Of a DNA stretch of 64,000 nucleotides, positions 26,609 through 37,589 are shown one piece after another; position 1 is the first letter of the stretch, and each line of letters opens with the position of its first letter. Source of the DNA: Mobula hypostoma (lineage: Eukaryota); NCBI RefSeq assembly GCF_963921235.1, contig NC_086109.1, positions 36,024,001 through 36,088,000 of the forward strand, in the 5' to 3' direction. Below the pieces are notes generated by a model, which did no database searches, was not told where the DNA came from, and saw only the letters and a list, made by a program, of their open reading frames with translations. Position numbers and translations under genes: made by a program.

Positions 26609-27453
26609 TGTTACGTACCCTGTAACTGGGTTGCCAAACCAGCAGAAATGGACCACTTAGTTGGAGTCTGGATTACTGGAACTAAGAAAGTTTTATTAAA
26701 GAAATAAGCAATACAGTACTCTAATCAAAAGGATATAAATGCAACAGTTTAGCAATGATAAAACACACATGTACACAGAACTAGGTAATAGGATCAATCA
26801 AGCTCTATCGCAGTCTAGGGGCAAATGATCAGTTTCAAGTGACGCAAAGTTCAGTTCAATTTAGTTCAGTTCAGTTCAGTTCGCAGTAATCGCTGTTGTG
26901 CCATTGGGGCGGGGAGAAGAGAGAGAGCGAATGGATATTCAAAACGGATTCCAAACAGACCTTCGATATTCCTCGCAGTTAGCTTTCGGGCGAGCCCTTT
27001 GTAATGTCTTCTGAGGTCACCGACTGTGACCCCTCCGTTCCAGATACGATTGTTCTTCTGCGGTGAACCCGGCACCCAGGCAAGGGCGGACACACACACC
27101 AGGTTCCCGCCGATCCGTACCTTTCTACCCTGTGCGTCTATGGCTGGTCCCGTGACCAGACCTCCAAAACTCCCACCACCTTGTGGAGGCACACCGCTTC
27201 CAGGGTCTCGTTACCTCGTGGTGTCGTGTGTCTCGCCTTAGCGAACCTGTCCCTTTTTATCCCCCTGCTGGGGTATCGCCTGTCCATCAAACTTCAAACT
27301 GTTCAGGGTTCAAAGCCACCGGTCTCTGACAATACTTGGATCTGTGTCTCCTTTTCGTTAATCCCTCTCGTCTCTCTCCTATTAGCATCTTGCATGTTCC
27401 CCCATTGTCCTCTTATCGGCATCAATCGTCTGATAACTGGTTCTTTTGTCACA
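26609..27453 (-). repeat. 3' LTR (845 bp)
   Basis: TGTTACG...TGTCACA on +; direct repeat of 30634-31485; adjacent to the PPT. Confidence 0.93.
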
Positions 27454-27465
27454 CCCCTACCCTTC
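27454..27465 (-). promoter_or_regulatory. Polypurine tract
   Basis: Minus strand GAAGGGTAGGGG immediately precedes the 3' LTR. Confidence 0.8.
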
Positions 27466-27720
27466 AAAGGATTTTTACTGAGGTAAAAATAATAGGCATG
27501 AATACATTCTTAGATACACACAAATATACATGTTCATCAGCTATTTGGCTAATACAGAGACTTTTAAGTTGTCAACACCTGACTGACAGTCAGCAATCAC
27601 ATTTTCTGTTCCTTTTATATGTGTTATTAATAATCCTCTAAAACCAGGCTCCAACTTAGCAAACTTCATAGTGGCTGAAAACACTAATGAATTGTGATCA
27701 GTGTAACTTCTCAGTGGTTT

Positions 27721-28752
27721 TCACCCCGGACACAGATAACAAGGGTTGTCCCATCCCAACTTAGCATTCTTTGGCAAGGGCTTAGTACGAGGGTGGGTAC
27801 TATCCGCAAAGTTGTTTTTTTTTCTGCAAAACTTCGGATAGTACCCCACCATCTCCAAGAACCTTCTCAGGGCTCTCTTGTCTGTCGGGGTGGGGACTTC
27901 AGAGATAGCCCGCACCTTAGCTTGCATCGGAGCCAGCTGCCCCTGTCCTACCGCCAATCCCAGATAAGTGACCTTCGCGCAGCCAAACTCACTTTTTGCG
28001 AGGTTCACTGGCAGGCTGGCTTCAGACAGCCGTTTAAACAGCTCCTCCCACGTGTCACTCCAGACCACTACATCGCCAATATACACTTCTGTGTTCTTTA
28101 GCACGTTTGTCACTGAATTAATCATTCTAGAGGGATGTTGCTCACTAGGCCGACCTGATGTTGTAACAGCTCCATGTCCCAGCTCTTTGCATCGCCTCGG
28201 GACATCTGGACCTATGTGGGCGTGCCGTTTAATTAGCTCTCTTAGCGGTTTGCTTTGTTCGGGGATTAAGGGAGAGAACTCAACAGCAAAATCGGTCAAC
28301 ACAATAGAGTTCTCCCATCTGGTCAGCACCACGCTTATCTTTTCAAAATGGGTTTTCCCCTTATCAGGTGGCACCCTAGCCTCATTAATTTTCATGATAT
28401 CAACAGCTAGATCTGTTTTCTGATCCTGGTGAGCTTTTAACATGTTAATAGCCTCTAACTGTGTTAACTCACGTCTACAACAGTCAATAACATCCTTCCT
28501 CCTGTGCAGCCAGTAAAACTCTTTCATGATTCTGCCGACTGTTGTCCTCCCCCCAAAATGTCCACCGAGGGGTATCTTATGGGCCAGGTTAAGAATCTCA
28601 TCCCCATAAATTTTTGGCACCATCCCCCATTCCTCATCTGCGGGCACGGTACTTGGTTTCCCTTTCTTCCTTAGCACTCCCTCCTCCACACAATAGCCTA
28701 CTGGCTCTCCCCTCAACTCTGCTTCAGAGAGAGCTGTCCCCGCCGAAACCAT
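27721..28752 (-). pseudogene. Collapsed pol: integrase Zn-binding remnant fused to RT C-terminal half
   Basis: LAHKIPLGGHFG...FYW...DVIDCC (IN N-terminus), INMLKAH, QHPSRM, VYIGDVVVWS, VTYLG, RRFLEMVGYY (RT palm/thumb). Confidence 0.85.
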
Positions 28753-29015
28753 CAGCTCCTCGTCTCACTCCTGCGCCTGCACAAATTCCCCCTTTTCCAA
28801 TGATAAATCTACCACAATTTCCTCGCTCCCTCCTGGTACAAGGCTGGTAGAAACGTCTCAGCTAGAGCTATCTCGGCAGTCTTTCTGGACATACGCCGAG
28901 TCACTGCACAAACGGGATGAACCTGTGAGTCCATGGGCGGGGCCTCAATGCTGGCAGGCGGGCCTGTCAATTTTACTGCTGGATTCACTTCCCCGCCGGC
29001 GAGGTCATTACCGAG

Positions 29016-30534
29016 CTAGATCTCCACGCCTTTCATTGGTAGTTCGGGCCTCACCCCGATCGTGACCGGTCCAGAGACCAAGTCACTTTTTAGGTGTATC
29101 TGGTGCAGAGGTACTGCCTCAGTCCCTTTCCCAATGCCTTTTATGACCCTGACTTTCCCAGTCTCGGTCTCTGAACTAAAGTCTAACACACTCTTTACTA
29201 TCAATGACTGACACACTCCCGTGTCTCTCCAGATCCGCACTGGAACTAGGTTTAACCCCTCCTTCACCGACACCAATCCGGTCGAGATAAACCTCTCGCG
29301 CCCTTCCTGAACTTTGTTAGCCCTCTCCTCTCCTAGCGGTTTGCTTACCAGCTCAATACAGCCAGTCGGAAACGCCGCCTTTCCTTTTCCCGTCTTCTTC
29401 TTTGGGGCAAAGCACCTGGACGCAAAGTGTCCGACTTTCTCACAATTATAACATACGACCCCAGGAGACTTCCTACCAGACTGCTCCCGGTCTACCTTAT
29501 CCTTCTCAATAGTCCCCGGCTTACTTTCTGACTTTTCTGGCGGACTCTCCCCGCCGTCCAGACTACCCTTCTGGTAGCCTTTACTCGGGGCAAACTTCGT
29601 TTTATGTGTCAACGCGTACTCATCCACTAACTTAGCAGTTGCGGCTAAAGTGTCTGCCTCTTTCTCATCTAGGTAGGGTCTCATACCATCAGGGACACAA
29701 CCTTTAAACTGCTCAATCAGGATGAGCTGTAGCAGTCTGTCATAATCCCCATCTACCCCCTTCGAGGTGCACCAACGCTCACAATATGTCTGCATCTCAC
29801 GGGCAAACTCTAAATACATGCGGTCCCACTGCTTCCTCGCATTCCTGAACCTCTGCTGGTATGCCTCTGGGACCAACTCATAAATCCTGAGGATGTCCTC
29901 TTTCACCACCTCATACCTCTGGGCATCTTCCGCGGACAAAGCCGATTAAGCTTGTTGGGCTTTTCCTTTAAGTACTCTCTGAAGCAAAACAGCCCACTTA
30001 TCCCTCGGCCAATCCTGACTTGCAGCAACTTTTTCGAAATGGAGAAAGTACTGATCCACATCGGTATCGTCAAATGGGGGAACCAGCCTAACCTCCTGGG
30101 TCGCCCTGAACCCTCCACCTTGGTTCGGCATGGGCCCCTGCTCTGCCCTTACCTTTAACCTCTCCAGCTCAAATTCCCTTTCCCTCTGTTTTTCTTCTCG
30201 CTCCAACTGCCTCTCTTCTCGTTGTCGTTCTAACTGTTTCTCTTCATGTTCTAGCTTCTGTACCCGGAACTCGTGCTCGAGTCTCAATTTTTTGAGCTGC
30301 ACCTGTACTGCTTCTCCACCAGGTTTTCCAATAGATATCACCTCCAGCTCCCCTTGGGGAAACACAACCTTTAGATACATAGTGCTCTACGATAGCTCTG
30401 TGTATCTCCTGTCTCCTCATTGTCGACTTCCCCTTAACAAGATTCAACCGTTTGGCCACAGCTGCCAATTCCGCTTTCCTGGCATCCTCTAATGCCTCCA
30501 AGGTCGGCGCCTTTAGAAATTCCTCAATCTCCAT
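29016..30534 (-). pseudogene. gag (coiled coil, SCAN-like capsid, CCHC knuckle) and aspartic protease
   Basis: ORFs 30244-30534, 29946-30380 and 29016-29939, joined by one frameshift and one stop; EAYQQRFR/LILIEQF (SCAN-like), CYNCEKVGHFASRC, RDTG. Confidence 0.88.
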
Positions 30535-30603
30535 TTCTGCTGTTTGCCTTTTCCTTCTTTTGGGAATTTTAACCCAATCAATTTACCCCGTCTCAAATTT
30601 AGC

Positions 30604-30629
30604 GTTCAAAATCGCGGACGAGAACCCCA
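30604..30629 (-). promoter_or_regulatory. Primer-binding site, tRNA-Pro-like
   Basis: Minus strand TGGGGTTCTCGTCCGCGATTTTGAAC resembles the complement of the tRNA-Pro 3' end (TGGGGGCTCGTCCGGGATTTGAAC); 4 nt from the 5' LTR. Confidence 0.75.
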
Positions 30630-30633
30630 CTTA

Positions 30634-31485
30634 TGTTACATACCCCGTAACTGGGTTGCCAAACCAGCAGAAATGGACCACTTAGTTGGAGTCTGGATTA
30701 CTGGAACTAAGAAAGTTTTATTAAAGAAATAAGCAACACAGTACTCTAATCAAAAGGATATAAATGCAACAGTTTAGCAATGATAAAACACACATATACA
30801 GAGAACTAGAATAATAGGATCAATCAAGCTCTATCGCAGTCTAGGAGTAAATGATCAGTTTCAAGTGACGCAATGTTCAGTTCAATTTAGTTCAGTTCAG
30901 TTCAGTTCGCAGTAATCGCTGTTGTGCCGTTGGGGCGGGGAGAAGAGAGAGAGCGAAAGCGAATGAATATTCAAAACGGTTTCCAAACAGACCTTCGATA
31001 TTCCTTGCAGTTAGCTTTCGGGCGAGCCCTTTGTAACGTCTTCTGAGGTCACCGACTGTGACCCCTCCGTTCCAGATACGATCACTCTTCTGCGGTGAAC
31101 CTGGCACCCAGGCAAGGGCGGACACACACACCGGGTTCCCGCCCGACCGTATCTTTCCACTCTGCGTGTCTATGGCTGGTCCCGTGACCAGACCTCCAAA
31201 ACTCCTACCAACTTGTGGAGGCACACCGCTTCCAGGGTCTCGTTACCTCGTGGTGTCGTGTGTCTCGCCTTAGCGAATCTGTCCCTTTTTATCCCCCTGC
31301 TGGGCTATCGCCTGTCCATCAAACTTCAAACTGTTCAGGGTTCAAAGCCACCGGTCTCTGACAATACTTAGATCTGTGTCTCCTTTTCGTTAGTCCCTCT
31401 CATCTCTCTCTTATTAGCATCTTGCATGTTCCCCCATTATCCTCTTATCGACATCAATCTTCTGATAACTGGTTCTTTTGTCACA
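30634..31485 (-). repeat. 5' LTR (852 bp)
   Basis: Direct repeat of 26609-27453; adjacent to the PBS. Confidence 0.93.
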
Positions 31486-31840
31486 AACTTTAGGATATCC
31501 TGCACGAGGACCCCCAACCCCCTTTCCACTTCTGATTTTTGAATTTTCTCCCCATCTAAATAATAATCTGCCCGATTATTTCTTCTTCTAAAATGTACAA
31601 CTGTACATTTGTCAACGTTGTATCTCATCTGCCATTTCTTTGCCCACTCTCCTAAACTGACTAAGTCTGTCTGCAACCTTTCCGTTTCTTCAACATTTCC
31701 TGCTCCTCCACCTATCTTGGTGTCTTCCACAAACTTAGCCACACAACCATTTAATCCACAATCCAAATCATCGATATACATCGTAAAAAGAAACGGCCCC
31801 AACACCAACCCCTGCGGAACACCACTAGTAACCGGCAACC
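31486..31840 (-). mobile_element. CR1 LINE upstream part (RT)
   Basis: SGVPQGLVLGP...KFVEDTKIGG; contiguous with 25930-26608 once the LTR element is removed. Confidence 0.9.
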
Positions 31841-32053
31841 GGTTTAGCATGCATCTAGTTCCATAATGAAATTTGTCACCTCATTAATACATCCTAACTA
31901 CTTCCTCAGAAGTCTTGTGGCTAAGGGGATAACTGTGATTTGTGATCTTGTTGGATTTAAGATCACAGATCCTCTGCCTACCTCACCACATGATTGTCAG
32001 CGAACACTTCCACCATAATGCCGAGCAGAATCTCTTTGAAATGAAGTGTGCAG

Positions 32054-32880
32054 TGTTACGTACCCCATAACTGGATTGCCAAACCAGCAGAAATGGACCA
32101 CTTAGTTGGAGTCTAGTTAACAGAAACTAATAAAGTTTTATTAAAGAAATAAGCAACACAGTATTCTAATCGTAAGGATATAAATGCAACAGGTTAGCAA
32201 TGATAAAACACACATGTACACAGAACTAGGGTAATAGGAATCAACCAAGCTCTATCGCAGTCTAGGGGTAAAATGATCAGTCTCAAGTGACACAGAGTTC
32301 AGTTCAGCTTAGTACAGTTCGCAGTAATCGCTGTTGTGCCGTTGGAGAGAGACAAAGAATGCAAATTTTGATTCAAACAGACCTTTGATGTTCTTCACAG
32401 TTAGCTTTCAGGCGAACCCTTTTATGTCTTCTGTGGTCACCGACTGTGACCCCTCTGTTCCGGATATGACCGTTCTTCCGCGGTGAACCCGGCACCCAGG
32501 CAAGGGCGGACACACATGCCAGCTTCCCGCTGATCGTCCCTTTTCACCCTGTCAGTCTATGGTCGGCTCCCTCAAACCAGACCTCCAACTGCCACCAACT
32601 TGTGGGGGCACACCGCTCTTCCAGGGTCTTGTTATCTTGTGATCTCGTGGTGTGTGTCGTGCCTTAGCGAACCTGTTCTTTTTATCCCCCTGCTGGGGTA
32701 TCGCCTGTCCATCAAACTTCAAACAGTTCAGGTTCAAAGCAACCGGTCTGTCAATACTCGGAACTGTGTCTCTTTTCGTTAATCTCTCTCTTCTCTCATT
32801 AGCATTTTGAATGTTTCTCCATTGTCTCCCTTATCTCTCTCATCAGCATCAATCTTCTGATAACTTGGTTTGTCATCACA
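32054..32880 (-). mobile_element. Solo LTR related to the Gmr1-like element
   Basis: TG...CA, perfect 4-bp TSD GCAG (32050-32053 / 32881-32884); similar to, but more diverged than, the paired LTRs. Confidence 0.92.
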
Positions 32881-34329
32881 GCAGGAAATAACTCAGGACT
32901 ACTGGGCAATCTGTGAAGTAATCTTTTCCAGGAAGATCTTGGCCTTTAGCTTTGCAACACTAAACTCCATTACACTGCTGCTGCATAAGCAAATTGAAAT
33001 GTCTATGTTCTGTAACAGTTCAGCACATTTCTAAATGACGAGTCTCAATTTAAAACATTGCCTGTCCATTCTCCTCCACAGATATTACCTGGCAGCTCGT
33101 TTGTTACTCCAGTTTACCAGAATTTGCATGCTTTTGTGTTTCTAGTTCATCACATTCATTGCAGAGTGCATTGCTGAATCAACCCCGGAGACAGACTGCT
33201 TCTGGGAGGTAGTTCACTACCTAATGCTTCTACATGCCTCTCTCTGTGAAAGTAAGAATCATGATGTTGAATGCAATGTTAGCAATATGGAACATGAAAA
33301 AATAAATCAGTTCCACACATTTGTTATAAATATTTTCCATATTTCCAACCTGAAGCATTTATGAAATACGTGCTCAGTTTTAAAGCTTCCATTCTGCTAA
33401 CCACAGTTGTGGAAAAAAAGACACTGAATCAAAGCTGAATGCATTTAATTCTCCATCAGTGTGGCTGTCAAGGCCCATGGTCAAGCTCCAGGGTTTCATT
33501 TAATACGGACATCTCCAAACCAATCATAAATTATATAACAAAGAGAATGAAACACAGTGTTTGTGGCTGAATAATAATGAGGTCAGTTATGTGCCTCAGT
33601 CCACATGAACAATAGCTGTTCATGATCCAGGTTTACTCGGCTTTTATTAAAATAGATTTTAAAAAGCTGCAAGTGCTAGAAAAATGAAATGAAAACAGAA
33701 TGTTCTGTTTTATTTGGATATCTTCCTCATTTTCAATGTCTGCAGAAATGTACAAAAGAAAATTGTGCTTGCTAATCTATGTTCTTACAGAAATGAAACA
33801 ATTGACTTTCATACATTTGAGCAAACACTTCAGACTGAAAATTAGATTAATTAATTTCTCTACTTCATGTTTCTTGTAATCTTTAGTTGCATTGAAAAAA
33901 TAACATTTCTTGCATGTTTGCTTACAAGGTTTTTTACAGGTGTATTGTTTGCAGGTGTATTGAAGGAACAATGATACTATGAAAGTGAATGTTTTGAAAC
34001 ATTAACATTGATGCTCCTGACTTTGGAGAGAATAGAAAGAAGCTTCATATTGCCTTGGTATGATTGCATTTGCTGGAAGAATGCACAATAATTGATATTC
34101 TAATGGAAGTACAACATGCAAAGTTATTGTGTTTTTTTTTGCGTCAGCTGATGAAAATATACTTGTGATGAGTCGGTCAGGCACAATGGTATGGGATATC
34201 CCATTTCAAAATCATCTTAAATATAGGTTAGATCCAAAAATTTATAATCTGAAGATATCTTGAATCATTGTTCATTTTCTGTTGTTTTAATAGAAAAAAA
34301 ATGCCATCTAATTTTGTGTACATTATCAC

Positions 34330-34800
34330 GAGAAAGTATGCAGATGCTGGAAATCCAAAGCAACACACACAACATGCTGAAGAAACACAACAGGTCGGGT
34401 AGCATCTATGGAAATGAATAAACAGTCTATTTTCCAGCTGAGACCTTTCTTCAGGACTGGAAATGAAGCGGGAAGATAGCAGAATAAAAAGATAGCGGGG
34501 GGGAAGGAGACTAGCTAGAAGGTGATAGGTAAAGGGCTGGAGAAGAAGGAATCAGACAGGAGAGGAGAGAGGACCATAAGAGAAAGGGAAGAAGGAGGAG
34601 ACCCAGGGGAAGTGATGGGCAGATAAGAAGAGTTGAAAGGCCAGAGTAGGGAATAGAAGAAAAGGGGAGGGAGATGGAAAAAAGCTACTGGAAAGAGAAA
34701 CCGATATTCATCAGCTTTGAGGCTACTCAGATGGAATATAAGTTGTTGCTCCTTCACCTTGAGGCTGACCTCATTTTGGTACAAGAGGAGGCCATGTACC
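34330..34800 (-). mobile_element. Penelope-like element 3' fragment
   Basis: LKVKEQQLIFHLSSL resembles the C-terminus of the PLE GIY-YIG endonuclease; followed by pyrimidine tract, hammerhead remnant and terminus. Confidence 0.75.
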
Positions 34801-36200
34801 GACTTGACGTACAGATGTTTTTCATCACATTACATTTGTTGTTATTTTCCTCTGTTTGGAAAAAGTATTATTATATAAGGATCTCATCAGTGCTAAGGCA
34901 TGCCTGACTCATACAACATGATGAGTTCCAACATTAATAATAGCAATTTACTACATTCAGGAATATCAGCCTAATTAGAATTCTGGATTAACCTTAATGA
35001 TCAGTTTATGAAGAGTTTCATTTTATGGGTCAGGAGAATGTTTAGAATGAAAGGAGAATTAAATTGTGAGACAAAATTCAGAGCAAAACTGAAGATATAA
35101 ACAATTGAAAGACATGTTAACCCTAACTCCCAATACAGAGCTGAATGAAGATCTGACAATGCTTTGTTCGAAATATGTAAACACAACCAGAAAGATTGGA
35201 TGAAACCTGATAATTCACTGCAAGCTAACTGTTTAATAAGGTTGTTGAAAACAGAAAAATTTCATCTGATGTTCAAGTTAAAGAAAATATGATGAATGTT
35301 ATTAGAAGTAATACTTTTTCCAATGAAGATAGTTCTAGAATTGATAAAAGTAGAATTCATTTTATGAGAAAAAAGTTGTACAGGTAGCATTTTCATAGTT
35401 AAGGATAGCAAGGAAAATACTAACTATGATATTATTCAATCCCATAGGGAAAATATGGAAAACAGGCAATTATTTTAACAATAATTTCAACATGCAAATT
35501 ATAATAGCATTATAATTGATTGCTCATCTTATGTGCAATTATGCAAATGACTTAACCTTGACAGTGACCTTTTAATGCTATTATATGCCATTACGCAAAG
35601 TTTATATTAAAGTTCACCATATCTGTTTCACTTTTCAATTAAAATGTCAATCTCAGATTCAAAACATGTACCCTTAATACAGTTATGTATCCTTTGCTTA
35701 GTTTGGAGTTGCTAACTGATTTGATTTCAGGCTGACAAATCATTATTGATAAATTAATACAACTGGAACACCCACGATTACTTTAACTTTCTGTCCACAC
35801 TTTCAAGTGATGTTCTAAGCAAGGCCAGTTTTGGAGTTGACTAAAGTGAATCAAACCTTTCAAAAAGATCTTGTGATTTAAAAGAAGACATCCAAGATCT
35901 GTAACATTTGGTACAAAATTTTAAAGTGGCAGACCACCGAATGGTTGTAATTCCTAAAGAAGCATTTTGATAGATGGAGAAGTAATTTCTCCGGGATGAA
36001 CTGGCTGACAAGTCTGTGAACTAACTTAAATGTTGGGGGCTACCATTTAAAAGAAAACCAAAGGCATTCAAAACTATTGATACTTAAGTGCAATATTAGT
36101 ATTTTTTCCAATAATTTTGAACATGAACACACTTCATATTAATTTAAATTTAACAAAATTATTAAAAATTACATTTTGAAAAATATATTAATTATATGAA

Positions 36201-36347
36201 TCCTGTCATATACAGTACCATCAGTCCTGATGAAGGGTCTTGACCCAAAACATTGACTCTTTTCTACAGAGGCTGCCTGAACTGCTGAATTCCTTCAGCA
36301 TTTTGTGTTTGTTACTTTGGATTTCCATCATCTGTAGAATCCCTTGT
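36201..36347 (+). mobile_element. Short Penelope-derived insertion with TSD-like flanks
   Basis: 15-bp direct repeat TATTAATTATATGAA at 36186-36200 and 36348-36362. Confidence 0.7.
36223..36258 (+). ncRNA. Degenerate minimal type I hammerhead ribozyme motif
   Basis: agtc-CTGATGA-a-gggtcttgaccc-AAAA-c-ATT-gact; stem I (agtc/gact) and stem II pair, GAAA is mutated. Confidence 0.65.
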
Positions 36348-37589
36348 TATTAATTATATGAAGCCTGCTTCTATCCCTTTCAGCTGCCTCTCTCCAATGA
36401 AATGAATGGAATTGCTGAAGCAATCAAGGTCTAATATCCGCAGTTCACAAGGAAATTTGCAGATGTAACTATTGGGGAATTCCAGAGAGTTACTGCTCTG
36501 CTGCTAGACTCTTGCCATAATCATCAGGTCCTAAATCACAAAACTTTGAAAAAGTGTAACCAGTTACATGTGCAAGTTGGAGCAGTTCTCAGGAAAATAT
36601 AGACTCGTGTTCACAAAATCCCTCTCAAGAGAATGAAAAGTCAGCAGATCAATACAATTACTATAATCTCCAGTGGGGAACAATTCAATTTTGTGAGTGG
36701 TACCAATTTTCACTGCAATGCTCCTTCAACAAGGACAATAGATCACAGTAACTCAGTTTGTCCTGTACTTGAACTTGAAATTCCTCAATTACTTGCATTG
36801 AGCTCCCTAATGTTTCAAATTGCAATGAGAAAATCACAGTAGATGACAGAAACTACAGGGTTTATTTTCCCATGTAGCTCCATTATCATGTGTTCCTTGT
36901 TGATGGGAGTTATTTGACAGGAGTAGAGTGGCTTGTTCAAGTGGCTTGTTCAATGAGATAAATGAACATGGGTAGAAAAAGCTGGAGAGGTAGTGAAGTT
37001 AAATGATGCAGAATTATATAACAACTTGGACAAAATATGTATGGAACCAAAATAATGGCAGAAGAAATTTAATGCAGTAAACTTTAAACGTATAAGTAAA
37101 TATTGAACTGTCTACTTACTTCACAAGTCGTGTCAGAATTAGGTTCGGTTTTGAGCAGTAATCATGTCTACCCATTGCATAATATCAGACAAAAAAGCCA
37201 TCAAACAACAAGAATTTGTTTTCCTGTAGTGGCTTGATCGCTTTACAACTAGAATTTGGTGTTCATCTTTTGTTTTAAATAAGAGAATGGAATGAAATTT
37301 ATGTTTGCTCTCAAATGATGGGTAACCCACTCACCCTTCACCTCAGATGGTGAATCATTCCTTAGAATACTCAACTAATTTGTTTAATGAAGTGAAGAAT
37401 CTGTTATCGAAATGGAAGCCATTCATCCAGGCACAGTAACACATATAATGGTTTGATTTAATTACAGATATTGAGGGTTCTATAAACCCTACATTTACCA
37501 TTGTATCATGAGAAAGCTGCTATAATATTAAACTAAAATCAAAACTTGATGTTGAAAAATAGCAGCAATATAGCCACAAGGTCATGCGT

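Larger units (their letters stand above)
26609..31485 (-). mobile_element. Gmr1-like Gypsy LTR retrotransposon, internally deleted (4877 bp)
   Basis: Two highly similar TG...CA LTRs, PBS, PPT, gag-SCAN-CCHC-PR, then integrase remnant upstream of RT remnant; flanks ACCT/AACT. Confidence 0.93.

Noticed and set aside
26866..27241. ORFs of 71-110 aa repeated at 30892-31273 and 32552-32782
   Set aside because: They lie inside the LTRs and recur only because the LTRs do; no recognisable domain.
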